From NCBI GenBank assembly GCA_002773535.1, contig PFAZ01000007.1, positions 4,675-68,674 of the forward strand: a stretch of 64,000 nt of DNA. Reading direction: 5' to 3'. Made by a program: the position numbers and the translations under genes. Source of the DNA: Candidatus Harrisonbacteria bacterium CG10_big_fil_rev_8_21_14_0_10_40_38 (GTDB lineage: Bacteria; Patescibacteriota; Minisyncoccia; UBA6257; 1-14-0-10-40-38). The notes below the pieces were generated by a model. The model searched no databases. It worked only from the letters and a program-made list of their open reading frames with translations, and had not been told where the DNA came from. This document shows positions 38,780 to 48,694 of this stretch, piece by piece (the first letter of the stretch is position 1; every line of letters begins with the position of its first letter).

Positions 38780-40318
38780 TTATTCTGGAAGCGCTATCTT
38801 ATCAAATTCAGCAAGTCCGGAGAGAACCTCCACAGATCCGTTACTACCTTTTATTCCTAGTTTTACAGGTGTAAGCGATGGGCTCCCGTTTATGATTTTT
38901 CTTACAAAGGTGTCTCCATCTTCTTCAACGATAGAAAACCTCGGGATTGAAATTGCATCCTCTCTTATAGATGTTACGATTGAAAGATCAGCGCTAAGGC
39001 CGCTCTTTAATCTGCTATCAGGTTTAATAAGAGCTATTGTCGCTCTATAGTTAGGAACTCCGTCTATGAGTTTTGCTTCCGGTTCTATGGAAAAAATTTC
39101 AGCTTCAAATGTTTCTGCTAAAAAAGCATCAAAATTTACATTGACCTTATTTTTAATCGCAACATCTCCGATATCAATTTCTGGTATATATGCCTTTATC
39201 ACCAAATCGTTCGGATTGATAAGAGATATTAATTTTACTCCAGGCTGCGCTATTTCGCCGATCTCTGCGTCAAAAACTGTAATTACTCCGTCTATAGGTG
39301 CTCTGACATACGACTTTGCAATTTGAGACGATATCCTTTCAACCCTTGCTCTTGAGGCATTAACTGATGCTCTCTGGGCGGCTACCTGTTCGCCTGTAGC
39401 AGGGGATTTTGCAAGAGAAAGTTCGCTAAGCGCGATATTCACATCATCGTTTGCAGATTCTATCTTCTCGTAAGCTGAAGACAAGGATGCGATAGCTACT
39501 GATATTGAATTTCTCGCCGCAGACACGGAAACCCTCCACTCAGAAAGCGTAGCTTCAGAAAGTCCGCTCACTGGAGACGCATTATTTACCGCCCTCGATA
39601 GCAAGTCGAAGAACAATACCAGATCACGGAGATTATCACCCGCAATTCTATCAGCCTCTCTTATATCCAAAGAAGTGTCTTGTATTGAATCAAGCCAAGT
39701 TTCCAAACTATCGCCAATTTTTACCCTTGAAAAATTTAAATTAATTGTAATCTGTTGATCAGCGCTCAATTTTGTTGTAAGACTCGGATTAGAGCTTCTT
39801 GGGCTACTAAAAAGTTGATCAGCCACACGATATAATGCGTCATCGCTGGTTACATAAATACTTCTAAAAGTATTCCAAAAATCACTATAAGCTCTTTCTT
39901 TTGCTCCCTCAGCTCTATTTAGCCTCGACTCGTATAAAGCTATTTCCTCGCTTTTTGCACCTTTGAGAGTTTCACCGAGTCTTGCTTCCTGTAACTCCAA
40001 ATCAGCCTGTGCCTCATGAAGGCTTGCAATAAGATCACTTGTATCAATAGACGCAAGAATAGCTCCTTGTTTAACACTCTGACCAATTCGCGCATAAACA
40101 GACTGTATTCTACCGCCCTGTTCAAATGCTAGGTCCGCGCTGTTTTTTGGTTCGGTTGCTCCACTTATTAAAATTTCTTTTGATACGGTTTTCCTTTCCG
40201 CCGAGACAACCTCAAAGTTTTTAGAGTCCCTACCGTCCGATAGATAAAAAGCAAAAATACTTGCTATAAAAACCAATGGAATAACGGCAACAACTCTCTT
40301 CTTTGGCAAAAATTGCAT
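38780..40318 (-). CDS. Efflux RND/MacA-like periplasmic adaptor
   Basis: Biotinyl-lipoyl halves (GQSVKQGAIL; APIDGVI) around a long helical hairpin. Confidence 0.85.
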   Translation of the reverse strand: MQFLPKKRVVAVIPLVFIASIFAFYLSDGRDSKNFEVVSAERKTVSKEILISGATEPKNSADLAFEQGGRIQSVYARIGQSVKQGAILASIDTSDLIASLHEAQADLELQEARLGETLKGAKSEEIALYESRLNRAEGAKERAYSDFWNTFRSIYVTSDDALYRVADQLFSSPRSSNPSLTTKLSADQQITINLNFSRVKIGDSLETWLDSIQDTSLDIREADRIAGDNLRDLVLFFDLLSRAVNNASPVSGLSEATLSEWRVSVSAARNSISVAIASLSSAYEKIESANDDVNIALSELSLAKSPATGEQVAAQRASVNASRARVERISSQIAKSYVRAPIDGVITVFDAEIGEIAQPGVKLISLINPNDLVIKAYIPEIDIGDVAIKNKVNVNFDAFLAETFEAEIFSIEPEAKLIDGVPNYRATIALIKPDSRLKSGLSADLSIVTSIREDAISIPRFSIVEEDGDTFVRKIINGSPSLTPVKLGIKGSNGSVEVLSGLAEFDKIALPE

Positions 40319-40391
40319 AAAATTTAAACTAATTTAATTTATATTTAAGAGACTGCATTGTAACACATTTACTTCTTAAGCGCAAGTATCA

Positions 40392-40421
40392 AAAAACCAC
40401 CCCGTATGCGAGGTGGTTTTT
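40392..40421. terminator. Hairpin terminator
   Basis: AAAAACCACC-CCGTATGCGA-GGTGGTTTTT. Confidence 0.65.
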
Positions 40422-40437
40422 AAAAGCAACTATTTTT

Positions 40438-40908
40438 TTATGAGAAAAACATCTTTCCAAACGATGTCTTCATAAATCTGGAACTTCTAAATTTTTCTTC
40501 AAGTCCCCAAGTCTTTCCTGCTTTAAATGCGCAAAGCACGATGAGCGCTGCGGAATATACTATGTGTTCATCAACGATAAGTGAGTGGGCATTCGGATAA
40601 GGAAATCCAAGCGGCAAATAGTAGAGGATCATCATTGTTACGCCAAATGTTGCAGCCAGTCTTATGCTGATACCCAAAATTAGCGCAACGCCAATAAGCG
40701 TAAGACCCCACTGGTTCAGAAAATCAATCATAGGGAGAACTGACGGAGATGCAAAAAAGGCATAAAGTCCTTTAAACGCCTTAGCTCCTTTGAGATATCC
40801 TCCGGCGCTCCATTCAGGATCCATCACTTTGGTTATTCCGGCGTAGAAATACAACCACCCCAAAACAATACGTAGAAGAAAAAGAGAAGTTTTTTGTAGT
40901 TTTGGCAT
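40438..40908 (-). CDS. DoxX/DoxD-family membrane protein
   Basis: LRIVLGW…AGITK, LILG..IRLA and VDEH. Confidence 0.8.
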   Translation of the reverse strand: MPKLQKTSLFLLRIVLGWLYFYAGITKVMDPEWSAGGYLKGAKAFKGLYAFFASPSVLPMIDFLNQWGLTLIGVALILGISIRLAATFGVTMMILYYLPLGFPYPNAHSLIVDEHIVYSAALIVLCAFKAGKTWGLEEKFRSSRFMKTSFGKMFFS

Positions 40909-40914
40909 AAATTT

Positions 40915-41832
40915 TTAATTAATAAATATCGACTGATTAATAAATAAATTTGGCTCGAAAATTCTTTTAACTTTTTTTCCTTTTTTCACAGATTTATTTA
41001 TCGCGGAAAAAATTTTCGGCGGATCTATTTTTTTCTTTTTTAACATATAAGCTAACCCACCAAGAGACGACCCTCCTTCAGTTTCTTTTAAAAAAGGCTT
41101 ATCTCTTGCAAGAGCAAATCCAAAACTTCTGTTAGATGAGTACTTACTAAGCCCGGTAGCCATTAAGTCCCCAAGACCAGCAGGACCTAATGCTGTTTTT
41201 TGTTTTCCTCCAAATACCTGAACTAATTTTTCAAACTCAACAAAAGAAGCAGAAAAAAGCGAAGCGATGGTATTCGAGTCATATGAAAGACCAGCAGCTA
41301 TACCCATTCCTATTGCATAAACATTTTTTAAAACTCCGGAAACCGCAACGCCTTTAACGTCATCTGATTCAATAATAGAAAGGTGTGTTTTATAAAACAA
41401 TTCAATAATAAATTTTCTAAGAACAGAGGAGTGCGATGCTATAACTCCGACAGTGTGTGATTTTTTAGATAGCTCCTCGGCAAGCATCGGGCCTCCTAAT
41501 ATTCCCCATTTTACACCTCGTGGCGCATATTTTGGAAAAATGCCGTCAGAAAAAATCATTAAATCCGGATCAATGCCTTTAGATAGAGAAACTAAATATG
41601 TGGTTGAGGAAATATATTCGTCAATTTGATCAATTGCATCAGCAAGACATTGTGTGGGAACGCATAAGAAAATTATATTAGCGATTGGCACTATTTCAGA
41701 AAGTTTCTCTTCCGCGAGGCATTTCTTAGGGTTAATATCCCATACATGTATCTTGATATCTGATTTGGATTCCAAAATTTTTGAAATAGCAGTTCCTATT
41801 TCCCCAGCGCCGATTATTAAAACCTTTTTCAT
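40915..41832 (-). CDS. gpsA: NAD(P)H-dependent glycerol-3-phosphate dehydrogenase
   Basis: IIGAGEIG, SKGI, GVLKNVYAI and GLGDL..T….SSNR. Confidence 0.88.
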   Translation of the reverse strand: MKKVLIIGAGEIGTAISKILESKSDIKIHVWDINPKKCLAEEKLSEIVPIANIIFLCVPTQCLADAIDQIDEYISSTTYLVSLSKGIDPDLMIFSDGIFPKYAPRGVKWGILGGPMLAEELSKKSHTVGVIASHSSVLRKFIIELFYKTHLSIIESDDVKGVAVSGVLKNVYAIGMGIAAGLSYDSNTIASLFSASFVEFEKLVQVFGGKQKTALGPAGLGDLMATGLSKYSSNRSFGFALARDKPFLKETEGGSSLGGLAYMLKKKKIDPPKIFSAINKSVKKGKKVKRIFEPNLFINQSIFIN

Positions 41833-41833
41833 A

Positions 41834-42337
41834 TCAAAAATTATTAACCAACTGACCAACAATTGTTCCTACAAAAATCGCAACCCCTCCAAGAAGAAGC
41901 ATTCTAAAACCACTCCTCCATATATTTGAATGAGAAAATCTTGCGCTCACAAAACCAAGCAAGAAAAGAGAAATCAGGGAAAACGCTATAGACATTCCAA
42001 AAGCAAACTTTGTTTCAAAAAAGAAATATGGAGATAGCGGTATAAATCCTGCAATGAAATAAGAAAAGAACATAATCACGCCTCCAATTCTAGGACTGTT
42101 TGTGCTGCCTTCGGATTTTCTTAAAAAATCTTCAGCGGAGTGTTCAGATAAAAAACTGCCAACTGCCATAGAAAACGCCTCAACAAAAATCAAAACAATG
42201 CCTGTTAAAACTATCGTCTGGCGGGGAACTTCGGCTATGGCTATCCCAGAAAGAAGACCAACTGTCGAAACTAGGCTGTCTTCTACCCCAAAAATGAAAT
42301 TTCGCAGATATGACGCAGAAATATATTTTGACTGCAT
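41834..42337 (-). CDS. VIT1/CCC1 family transporter
   Basis: RNFIFGVEDSLVST and AFSMAVGSFLS. Confidence 0.9.
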   Translation of the reverse strand: MQSKYISASYLRNFIFGVEDSLVSTVGLLSGIAIAEVPRQTIVLTGIVLIFVEAFSMAVGSFLSEHSAEDFLRKSEGSTNSPRIGGVIMFFSYFIAGFIPLSPYFFFETKFAFGMSIAFSLISLFLLGFVSARFSHSNIWRSGFRMLLLGGVAIFVGTIVGQLVNNF

Positions 42338-42450
42338 ATATACCTATATTGTACTGCTGACAGAAAATAAACGCTCGTTTTTCTGTGGAAAATAAAAACT
42401 GCCCACCAGTCCGCTATAAGCAGAAGGGGCAGCTTTTATTTACGTGAAAA

Positions 42451-43164
42451 TTATTTGGAAATCTCCAAATCGCGAACTATTCTTGCTGAAATAGTATTGC
42501 CTTCAAGCTTTCCAAATACACGTACTTTATCTCCACTATTCATATCTCCAAAGGATATCTTCTGGGAATTTTTCCCAAGAATTGCGGTTATGTCAGTCAA
42601 TTGGATTGTATAAGTTTTTCCATTTTCAGTCGTAAATAAGAACGATTTCTCATTAACCGACATGGTTCCGAGAGTACCCGGATAACTTCTTCCAAATGGC
42701 TGCACTGTAGGAGTTGTTTTTTCTGGCTTCTCGTCTTTCTTGTCATCTCTGCCTACTGTAGTCCACACCTTAACACTCTTTGCTTCTATTGATAGGTCAG
42801 AAGTTGTTGAAACAACACCTCGGATCTCAAGAAGATCATTCGAGTTAAGTTTTGTTATATCAAAACCTTCACCAATGAATTTTGTGTCAGAAGACACGGA
42901 GACAGTCCACTTTCCACCAAAGGCATTCAAAACGAAAGAATTTGATGTTGGATGAACCTCTGTAACCTGTCCGCGAAGCATCGCATACACCTCACCGTTT
43001 GCGAACCACGCCTGACCGATTGCAGTAGCGCTGATTTTTCTTGAAAAGAAAGATAGTGTGTCCTCTAGAAGTGGCTGGTTTTTTGCTGAAGCAGCAAAAG
43101 TTCCAAAAGCAATTCCTGATGCAAGAATAACGCCAAAAAGACTCCCGATTATATATTTTTTCAT
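42451..43164 (-). CDS. Secreted protein with two DUF5666-like OB-fold domains
   Basis: Signal peptide; two repeats ending GDxVxVxG…A..V. Confidence 0.65.
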   Translation of the reverse strand: MKKYIIGSLFGVILASGIAFGTFAASAKNQPLLEDTLSFFSRKISATAIGQAWFANGEVYAMLRGQVTEVHPTSNSFVLNAFGGKWTVSVSSDTKFIGEGFDITKLNSNDLLEIRGVVSTTSDLSIEAKSVKVWTTVGRDDKKDEKPEKTTPTVQPFGRSYPGTLGTMSVNEKSFLFTTENGKTYTIQLTDITAILGKNSQKISFGDMNSGDKVRVFGKLEGNTISARIVRDLEISK

Positions 43165-43253
43165 GTCTTTTTAAGCACGATAAAAGCGACCTTGTCGCTA
43201 CTTGGGATACAAAGATAACAACCTATATTGGTATATGTGACAGCTATAAGAAG

Positions 43254-43985
43254 CTATTTTTTAAGACTCTCTGCTATTACAGAAGCATCTTGCTTTGCTA
43301 TAGAAATACTTGAATAAACAGCTCTCAGGGCTTCATGTGCTTTTTTCAGTTTTCCTCTCGCTGTTAAAAAGGATTTCTCATCAACGGGTACGGGCAAATC
43401 ATTTGAAAAAGCTTTCGCCATTTCCAGATTTTTGTTTGCATCTTTAATTTCGCTATTTAAATCATCAAGAGCGGACAATAAATCAGAATTATTTGAAATC
43501 TCAGCTATTCTCAAACCAAGTTTATTCGATAAAGCTTCAATATCATGTGTTACCGCTCCGGCTCTGGAAAGCGCTACCTCAAAGAGTGCAACCGAAGAAG
43601 TTATTGAGTAAGATCGATACGTACCGGAAATATTCTTTGCATAATTTTGAAATTCCGGGGTTTCTATGCTCGTATCAGATTGTTTTTGTAACTGTATAAG
43701 GTCAGATAATTGCTCTCTTGCAACATTTATTAACTTTGACCGTAGTTCGATCGGCATTCTCGATGAGTTTTCAAGTCTGTCAATTACAAAGCGTAAACTG
43801 TTTATCCTCCTCATTATTTCATCCTCACCACGTCTTTCAGTCTGAAGGGCCTTCTCTTTGGGTAAATCAGATCCCGTCAAAGATTGAATACCCCTACTTT
43901 GGCTAGTAGTTCTTATTTGGGCATGAGATACAAAAGGAGAAAAGACAAAGGAAAATAAAATAAAAAACTTGAAAATATTTTTCAT
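43254..43985 (-). CDS. Secreted all-helical hypothetical protein
   Basis: Signal peptide ending SHA; EIMRRINSL helical pattern. Confidence 0.65.
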   Translation of the reverse strand: MKNIFKFFILFSFVFSPFVSHAQIRTTSQSRGIQSLTGSDLPKEKALQTERRGEDEIMRRINSLRFVIDRLENSSRMPIELRSKLINVAREQLSDLIQLQKQSDTSIETPEFQNYAKNISGTYRSYSITSSVALFEVALSRAGAVTHDIEALSNKLGLRIAEISNNSDLLSALDDLNSEIKDANKNLEMAKAFSNDLPVPVDEKSFLTARGKLKKAHEALRAVYSSISIAKQDASVIAESLKK

Positions 43986-44272
43986 GGTTCAATTAACGGC
44001 TCTTCATACAAGCTTTCATCAAAAGACTGAAGATCAGAAGGAAGCTGCTCTAAATTTAATTTTATATCCCGTAGGTCTTTCTCAATTTGCGCATCAGATG
44101 TATTGTTTCCAATCGATTCCAAATCTACGTTATCGCTGACTTGAGAAGGGGATATAGAGTCTGAAAATCTCTCAAAATTCGCCAAAACATAAAGACCAAA
44201 CCCAATCAAAAGAATAACAGCAAACGATATTAGATGTGGCGCATTCTTTGGCTCTTCAATTTTCTTTTTCAT
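43982..44272 (-). CDS. Small single-TM protein with acidic tail
   Basis: 96 aa; 4-bp overlap with the downstream gene. Confidence 0.6.
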   Translation of the reverse strand: MKKKIEEPKNAPHLISFAVILLIGFGLYVLANFERFSDSISPSQVSDNVDLESIGNNTSDAQIEKDLRDIKLNLEQLPSDLQSFDESLYEEPLIEP

Positions 44273-44341
44273 AGCAAGTCTCCTAAATCATTACAAATCT
44301 AAGAGTAACATTAAAGACATTGATGTGGAAAACTATATATT

Positions 44342-45985
44342 TTAATGTTTTAAAAGATGTTCATGTGCGTAATCCAAAGACGCATCAACTTTTTTTCCAG
44401 GATTAAATATAAGACTTGGATCAAAAATTTTCTTTGTTTCAGTAAAAAGCTTGTAAATTTCAGGTCCGTACATCATAGAAAGATATGGCCCGCGTATAAG
44501 TCCATCATTATGCTCTCCTGTCATTGAGCCTTCAAACGAAAATACTAGGCTATAAACTTCGTGTGACAGGTTTTTAATCGTATCTGATAGTTTAGGGTCA
44601 GTCGGATCAACAAGGGGAATTATATGAAAATTTCCATCTCCAACATGACCCGCAACCGTATAGATAATGTCATAACGGGACAAAATCTCATTCAGTCTCG
44701 GCAAGAATTGAGCTAGCTTTTCCGGTCTCACAACAAAATCATCAATAAAAGGAGCTGTTCTTAGATTTTTCAACCTCTGGCGAAGAAGGTTAAAGCTTTC
44801 GCGCCTTATTGCCCAGTATTTTTTTGATTCGGAGTCTTTCTTCGTAAGTTTTGTGGTTATCTTCATTGCCTCAAGTTCCTTTTGAGCCTCTTTTGCTCTT
44901 CTCGAAACCTCCTCTTCGTTATCTCCAGTAAACTCTGCAAGGAGTACAAGTTTTGGTATTCCACCAGTTACAACCATAAAAATTTCCGGCAAAAAACTAA
45001 ATCCAAGCTTGAATAAATTACCGCCAAGTCTTTTTGAAAATTGTGGGAAAAACTTTACAGCAAGTTTAAATGTGTGATCATCATATGATTCAAAACTTTC
45101 CGGTTTATGTTTTAAAACCGCAGAAATGATGTCGCCGAGGCTATCTAGAGAATACAAAAACGAAACAAGTAGTCTTGCATGCTGTTTGGGTTTTATTAAT
45201 CTCAATTTTGCTTCAGTTATGATTCCAAGTGTTCCCTGTGACCCAACGATAACTTTTGTTAAATCAAAAGTTCCTTTATGGTGATCCATAACATTCCACA
45301 GGAAATACCCGGCAGAATTTTTTGAAACATTCGGTTTTGCTGATTGTATAAGCTCATAATTATCATCAATCAGCTTGGACATTGATCTATATATTGATCC
45401 CTCAAAAGATTTAAGGCGTTTTTTTGCCCCAAGCTCTTTTTTATTAAGCGCCCTAAACTCATATTCTTTTCCGTCAGCGCAGACCATTTTAACCGATTCA
45501 ACATAGTCTTCGGTTTTTCCATAAGTAAGGGTTTTTTCACCACCAGAATTATTTGCCACTATGCCTCCCATAGCGCAAATTTCACGGGAAGCCGGATAAC
45601 TTGGAAATAAATATCCCTTTGCAAGCGTTTCTTTTTCAAAATCACGATAATAAACTCCAGGCTCTGTTACTGCATACCCTTCGCCAACTTCTTTGATCTT
45701 ATTAAAATACTTTGTAAAATCGAGAGAAATAGATTCGGTAAGCGGCCCACCGGTCATATCCGTCCCTCCAGCTCTAGGAACTATGGATACGTTGTCACCA
45801 TTCTTTTTTTCTTCTGTCGCATAGTTAACCAACGAAGAAATATCTTCGACGTCTTTTGGGTATGCTACAAGTTCAGGTTTTATCTCAAAAAGACTCGCAT
45901 CGTGACTATGTGTCTTTAATGTCTCTGCGTCCTCAGTTAAATCTCCATGAAAAAATTTTTGTATTGGCTCTAAATGTTTTCGCAT
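44342..45985 (-). CDS. FAD-binding oxidoreductase (GlcD/D-lactate dehydrogenase family)
   Basis: PRAGGT, GSQGTLGII, GHVGDGNFH, GEHNDG and FNPGK. Confidence 0.9.
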   Translation of the reverse strand: MRKHLEPIQKFFHGDLTEDAETLKTHSHDASLFEIKPELVAYPKDVEDISSLVNYATEEKKNGDNVSIVPRAGGTDMTGGPLTESISLDFTKYFNKIKEVGEGYAVTEPGVYYRDFEKETLAKGYLFPSYPASREICAMGGIVANNSGGEKTLTYGKTEDYVESVKMVCADGKEYEFRALNKKELGAKKRLKSFEGSIYRSMSKLIDDNYELIQSAKPNVSKNSAGYFLWNVMDHHKGTFDLTKVIVGSQGTLGIITEAKLRLIKPKQHARLLVSFLYSLDSLGDIISAVLKHKPESFESYDDHTFKLAVKFFPQFSKRLGGNLFKLGFSFLPEIFMVVTGGIPKLVLLAEFTGDNEEEVSRRAKEAQKELEAMKITTKLTKKDSESKKYWAIRRESFNLLRQRLKNLRTAPFIDDFVVRPEKLAQFLPRLNEILSRYDIIYTVAGHVGDGNFHIIPLVDPTDPKLSDTIKNLSHEVYSLVFSFEGSMTGEHNDGLIRGPYLSMMYGPEIYKLFTETKKIFDPSLIFNPGKKVDASLDYAHEHLLKH

Positions 45986-46029
45986 ACACCAAGTATACGA
46001 AATAAACTGTAAACCGCCCTGGGGAAAAC

Positions 46030-46566
46030 TTATTTTTTCCTCCTAAAATTCAAAAACTTCCTATTAAGCAATTTACTTGCAGTTTCAGACGTGAGTCTAG
46101 TCCCTGTGTTAATAGTCGAATTCCAAGCTTTTTTTGCGATATCCAACGGATGAAATTTAAGATAATTTCCGCTTATAACAGCAACTAATTTGTTTTTAGC
46201 ATCTTTAGGTAGAGAAGATCTCACTATTGGAGCAAGGTGTGATGGGACAAACAGAAAAACTTTATTTAAATATTTATAAGAATTAATCAGCTTTTTTGAA
46301 CGATCTGCAAAACTATTCACAAATCTGGACAGCAACTCGTTTGAATTCTCAACCTTAACAGAACCGGAACCAAATCTTTTACCTCCTCCGCTCCTTACAA
46401 AAAACCCCTCATTATCAGAATATTTTGGTTTATCAATAAAAAACGAATCAACTTCTGTAAGTCCAGTAGGGGATACTACAAAAAACCTAGCTCCCGACGT
46501 TCCTGCTACAAGAAGCAGTGATGGTGTTGATGAAAATGATTTTAATGTTTCAGGTATTTTGATCAT
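46030..46566 (-). CDS. Hypothetical protein (host-attachment/baeRF-like)
   Basis: YSDNEG…GSG and GNYLKFHP; fold assignment tentative. Confidence 0.5.
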   Translation of the reverse strand: MIKIPETLKSFSSTPSLLLVAGTSGARFFVVSPTGLTEVDSFFIDKPKYSDNEGFFVRSGGGKRFGSGSVKVENSNELLSRFVNSFADRSKKLINSYKYLNKVFLFVPSHLAPIVRSSLPKDAKNKLVAVISGNYLKFHPLDIAKKAWNSTINTGTRLTSETASKLLNRKFLNFRRKK

Positions 46567-46667
46567 ATCAATTAAAACAAGTTAGGAGTGCGTTGTGTTA
46601 CACAAAAAAGAATTTAACAGTTAAAAAACGCAAAAAAATTTTTATATATGATAAAATTAAATAGAAA

Positions 46668-46961
46668 ATGAACTTTGTAACGCAAACCAATTGGTTTTCG
46701 ATATTTGTAGGAAGCTCAATAGCGCTCGCCTCACTTACTTTTGTTGCAATTGCCGTATTTATTTTATTAATTCTTTTTGAAATACAAAAAATTATAAGAA
46801 CTATCAGAAAAGAAATAACCGAAACCGCTGACAGAGTTCGCATACTGCAGGAAAAAATCGAAAATCCTGAATTTATTTCAGAAAAAATAGGACGTATATT
46901 TAGCGTATTGTTTGAGAAGTGGAAACCAAGCATTAAAAAACGTCGCAAATCAAAAAAATAA
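46668..46961 (+). CDS. Hypothetical single-TM protein
   Basis: TM followed by coiled coil; 97 aa. Confidence 0.6.
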   Translation: MNFVTQTNWFSIFVGSSIALASLTFVAIAVFILLILFEIQKIIRTIRKEITETADRVRILQEKIENPEFISEKIGRIFSVLFEKWKPSIKKRRKSKK

Positions 46962-46962
46962 A

Positions 46963-47352
46963 ATGAAAAAAACATCCAAGAAAAAGAAAAACGGCAACGG
47001 ATGGCTTGTTGGAGGTGTCTTTTTACTAGCGCTTATGGGTAGTGTCGCATCTTACTTTTTAGGAGGTGACAAAAACAAAAATAACCGCGCAAAAGCAAAA
47101 GCGTGGATGACAAAAGCTAGAGACGAAGTAATGAGAGACCTAAAAAGAGTTGGTAGAGTTAGCGAAAAAGAGTTCGAACGCATTATTACAAAGGTTCAGA
47201 ACCGATATGCCGGACTAAAAAGCGTAGATAACCGCGAACTAAAAGCTTTCATTTCAGACATGCGCAAGCACTGGAAAGAGGTTGTTCGTGAAGTAAAAAA
47301 GGGGACAAAGAAAGCGGCGAAAACTAGAGCTAAGGTAAAAAAGAAGAAATAG
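46963..47352 (+). CDS. Hypothetical basic single-TM protein
   Basis: TM followed by Lys-rich helix; follows the previous gene by 1 bp. Confidence 0.65.
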   Translation: MKKTSKKKKNGNGWLVGGVFLLALMGSVASYFLGGDKNKNNRAKAKAWMTKARDEVMRDLKRVGRVSEKEFERIITKVQNRYAGLKSVDNRELKAFISDMRKHWKEVVREVKKGTKKAAKTRAKVKKKK

Positions 47353-47353
47353 T

Positions 47354-48217
47354 TTACGATTTTTCCGAATGCACAACGAGCTGGGGGAATGGAATTTCTA
47401 TTCCCTCTTTTTCGAATTCAATTTTTAGTCTTCTCCTTAACTCTCCAGCCACATCCCATTGTTTCATTGGCTCTGTGTCACCCAAGACTTTAAAAACAAT
47501 AGCCGAGTCCGCAAAGTCATTAATTCTTACAAATTCAGGTGCTTTCTTTATAAATTCTCTCCACTCAGGGTCTTCTGCGAGATCTTTCCCGACCCTATTA
47601 ACGGTTTTTTTCAAATGATCTATATCCGTTTTATAAGAAACCCCAATATCAAGATTAACTCTTGAAAATTGCTTGGATAAATTAGATGTCTTTTTCACTT
47701 CACCGTTTGGTAAATGATGTACTGTTCCATCAAGGTCGCGCAGGGTTGTCATTCTAAGAGTTATACCCTCGACAAGTCCGCATGTACCATCTATACACAC
47801 CACGTCACCAACTCTAAACTGGTTTTCAAGAAGTATAAAAAGGCCGGAAATAATATCTCTTATCAAATACTGGCCGCCAAACCCAAGAGCCAATCCTGCA
47901 ACTCCTGCTGTAGCAAGTAGCGGCTTAATATCAATCCCGGATTCCGAAAGTATCATCGCGCCTGCAACTATCCATATTACAACCCTCACTGTTCCTGCAA
48001 AAACCCCTACAAGCGTATCCTCGCGCTTTTTAACCGCAGTTGTAGACAGTTGTTTATCTTCTGTAAGAGTAAGTGTTCTATGAACAACTTTTTTAATAAA
48101 AAACTTGGAAAACCTTCTAACAACCCACGCGCCAAAAATTATCGCGACAATCGCAATCCCATGGCTCATAGCCCATGATTTTGTACTCATTAAAACATCT
48201 AAAATATATTCATTCAT
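47354..48217 (-). CDS. Small-conductance mechanosensitive channel (MscS family)
   Basis: GLALGFGGQYLIRDIISG, ENQFRVGD and GIEIPFPQ. Confidence 0.93.
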   Translation of the reverse strand: MNEYILDVLMSTKSWAMSHGIAIVAIIFGAWVVRRFSKFFIKKVVHRTLTLTEDKQLSTTAVKKREDTLVGVFAGTVRVVIWIVAGAMILSESGIDIKPLLATAGVAGLALGFGGQYLIRDIISGLFILLENQFRVGDVVCIDGTCGLVEGITLRMTTLRDLDGTVHHLPNGEVKKTSNLSKQFSRVNLDIGVSYKTDIDHLKKTVNRVGKDLAEDPEWREFIKKAPEFVRINDFADSAIVFKVLGDTEPMKQWDVAGELRRRLKIEFEKEGIEIPFPQLVVHSEKS

Positions 48218-48323
48218 ATAATTGCAGTATAGAAACCTGAGTGACAAGGTCAACCCATCTTAAAAACGAAACGCCCGATCATCGCCCTGAAAAAATCAGG
48301 ACAAAAACCGGGCAGGCGCCTCA

Positions 48324-48629
48324 CTAAGAGGCAAACTGGGCGGGATCATCTGGGCCGCCACCGTTGATGTCATCCATTGCGAAACTTTCGAGGTTTGTAC
48401 CAGTCGCTTTTTCAAGAATATCGCTAACTTGTTCCGCGGCTTTCCTCTCCGAAGCATCGTCTGAAGATAGCTTTGCACTGATTACCCTGTACGCATCACC
48501 GGGAAAGCATCTAACAGAACATTTTCTGTTCAAAAGTTTCCGAAGCTCTATTCCTTCCTCGGAAAGAGTTTCTTCTTCGAGTCTCACAAAAAACTGCTGC
48601 ATAACAGAACCAGAGGCGACTCGACTCAC
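48324..48629 (-). CDS. Orphan hypothetical protein
   Basis: GTG start preceded by AAGGAG; 101 aa. Confidence 0.5.
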   Translation of the reverse strand: MSRVASGSVMQQFFVRLEEETLSEEGIELRKLLNRKCSVRCFPGDAYRVISAKLSSDDASERKAAEQVSDILEKATGTNLESFAMDDINGGGPDDPAQFAS

Positions 48630-48694
48630 GTCTCTTCTCCTTTTTGGACGACAAAAGGAACCAATAAAAACAATAAACTAAATTTTTTTTTAAA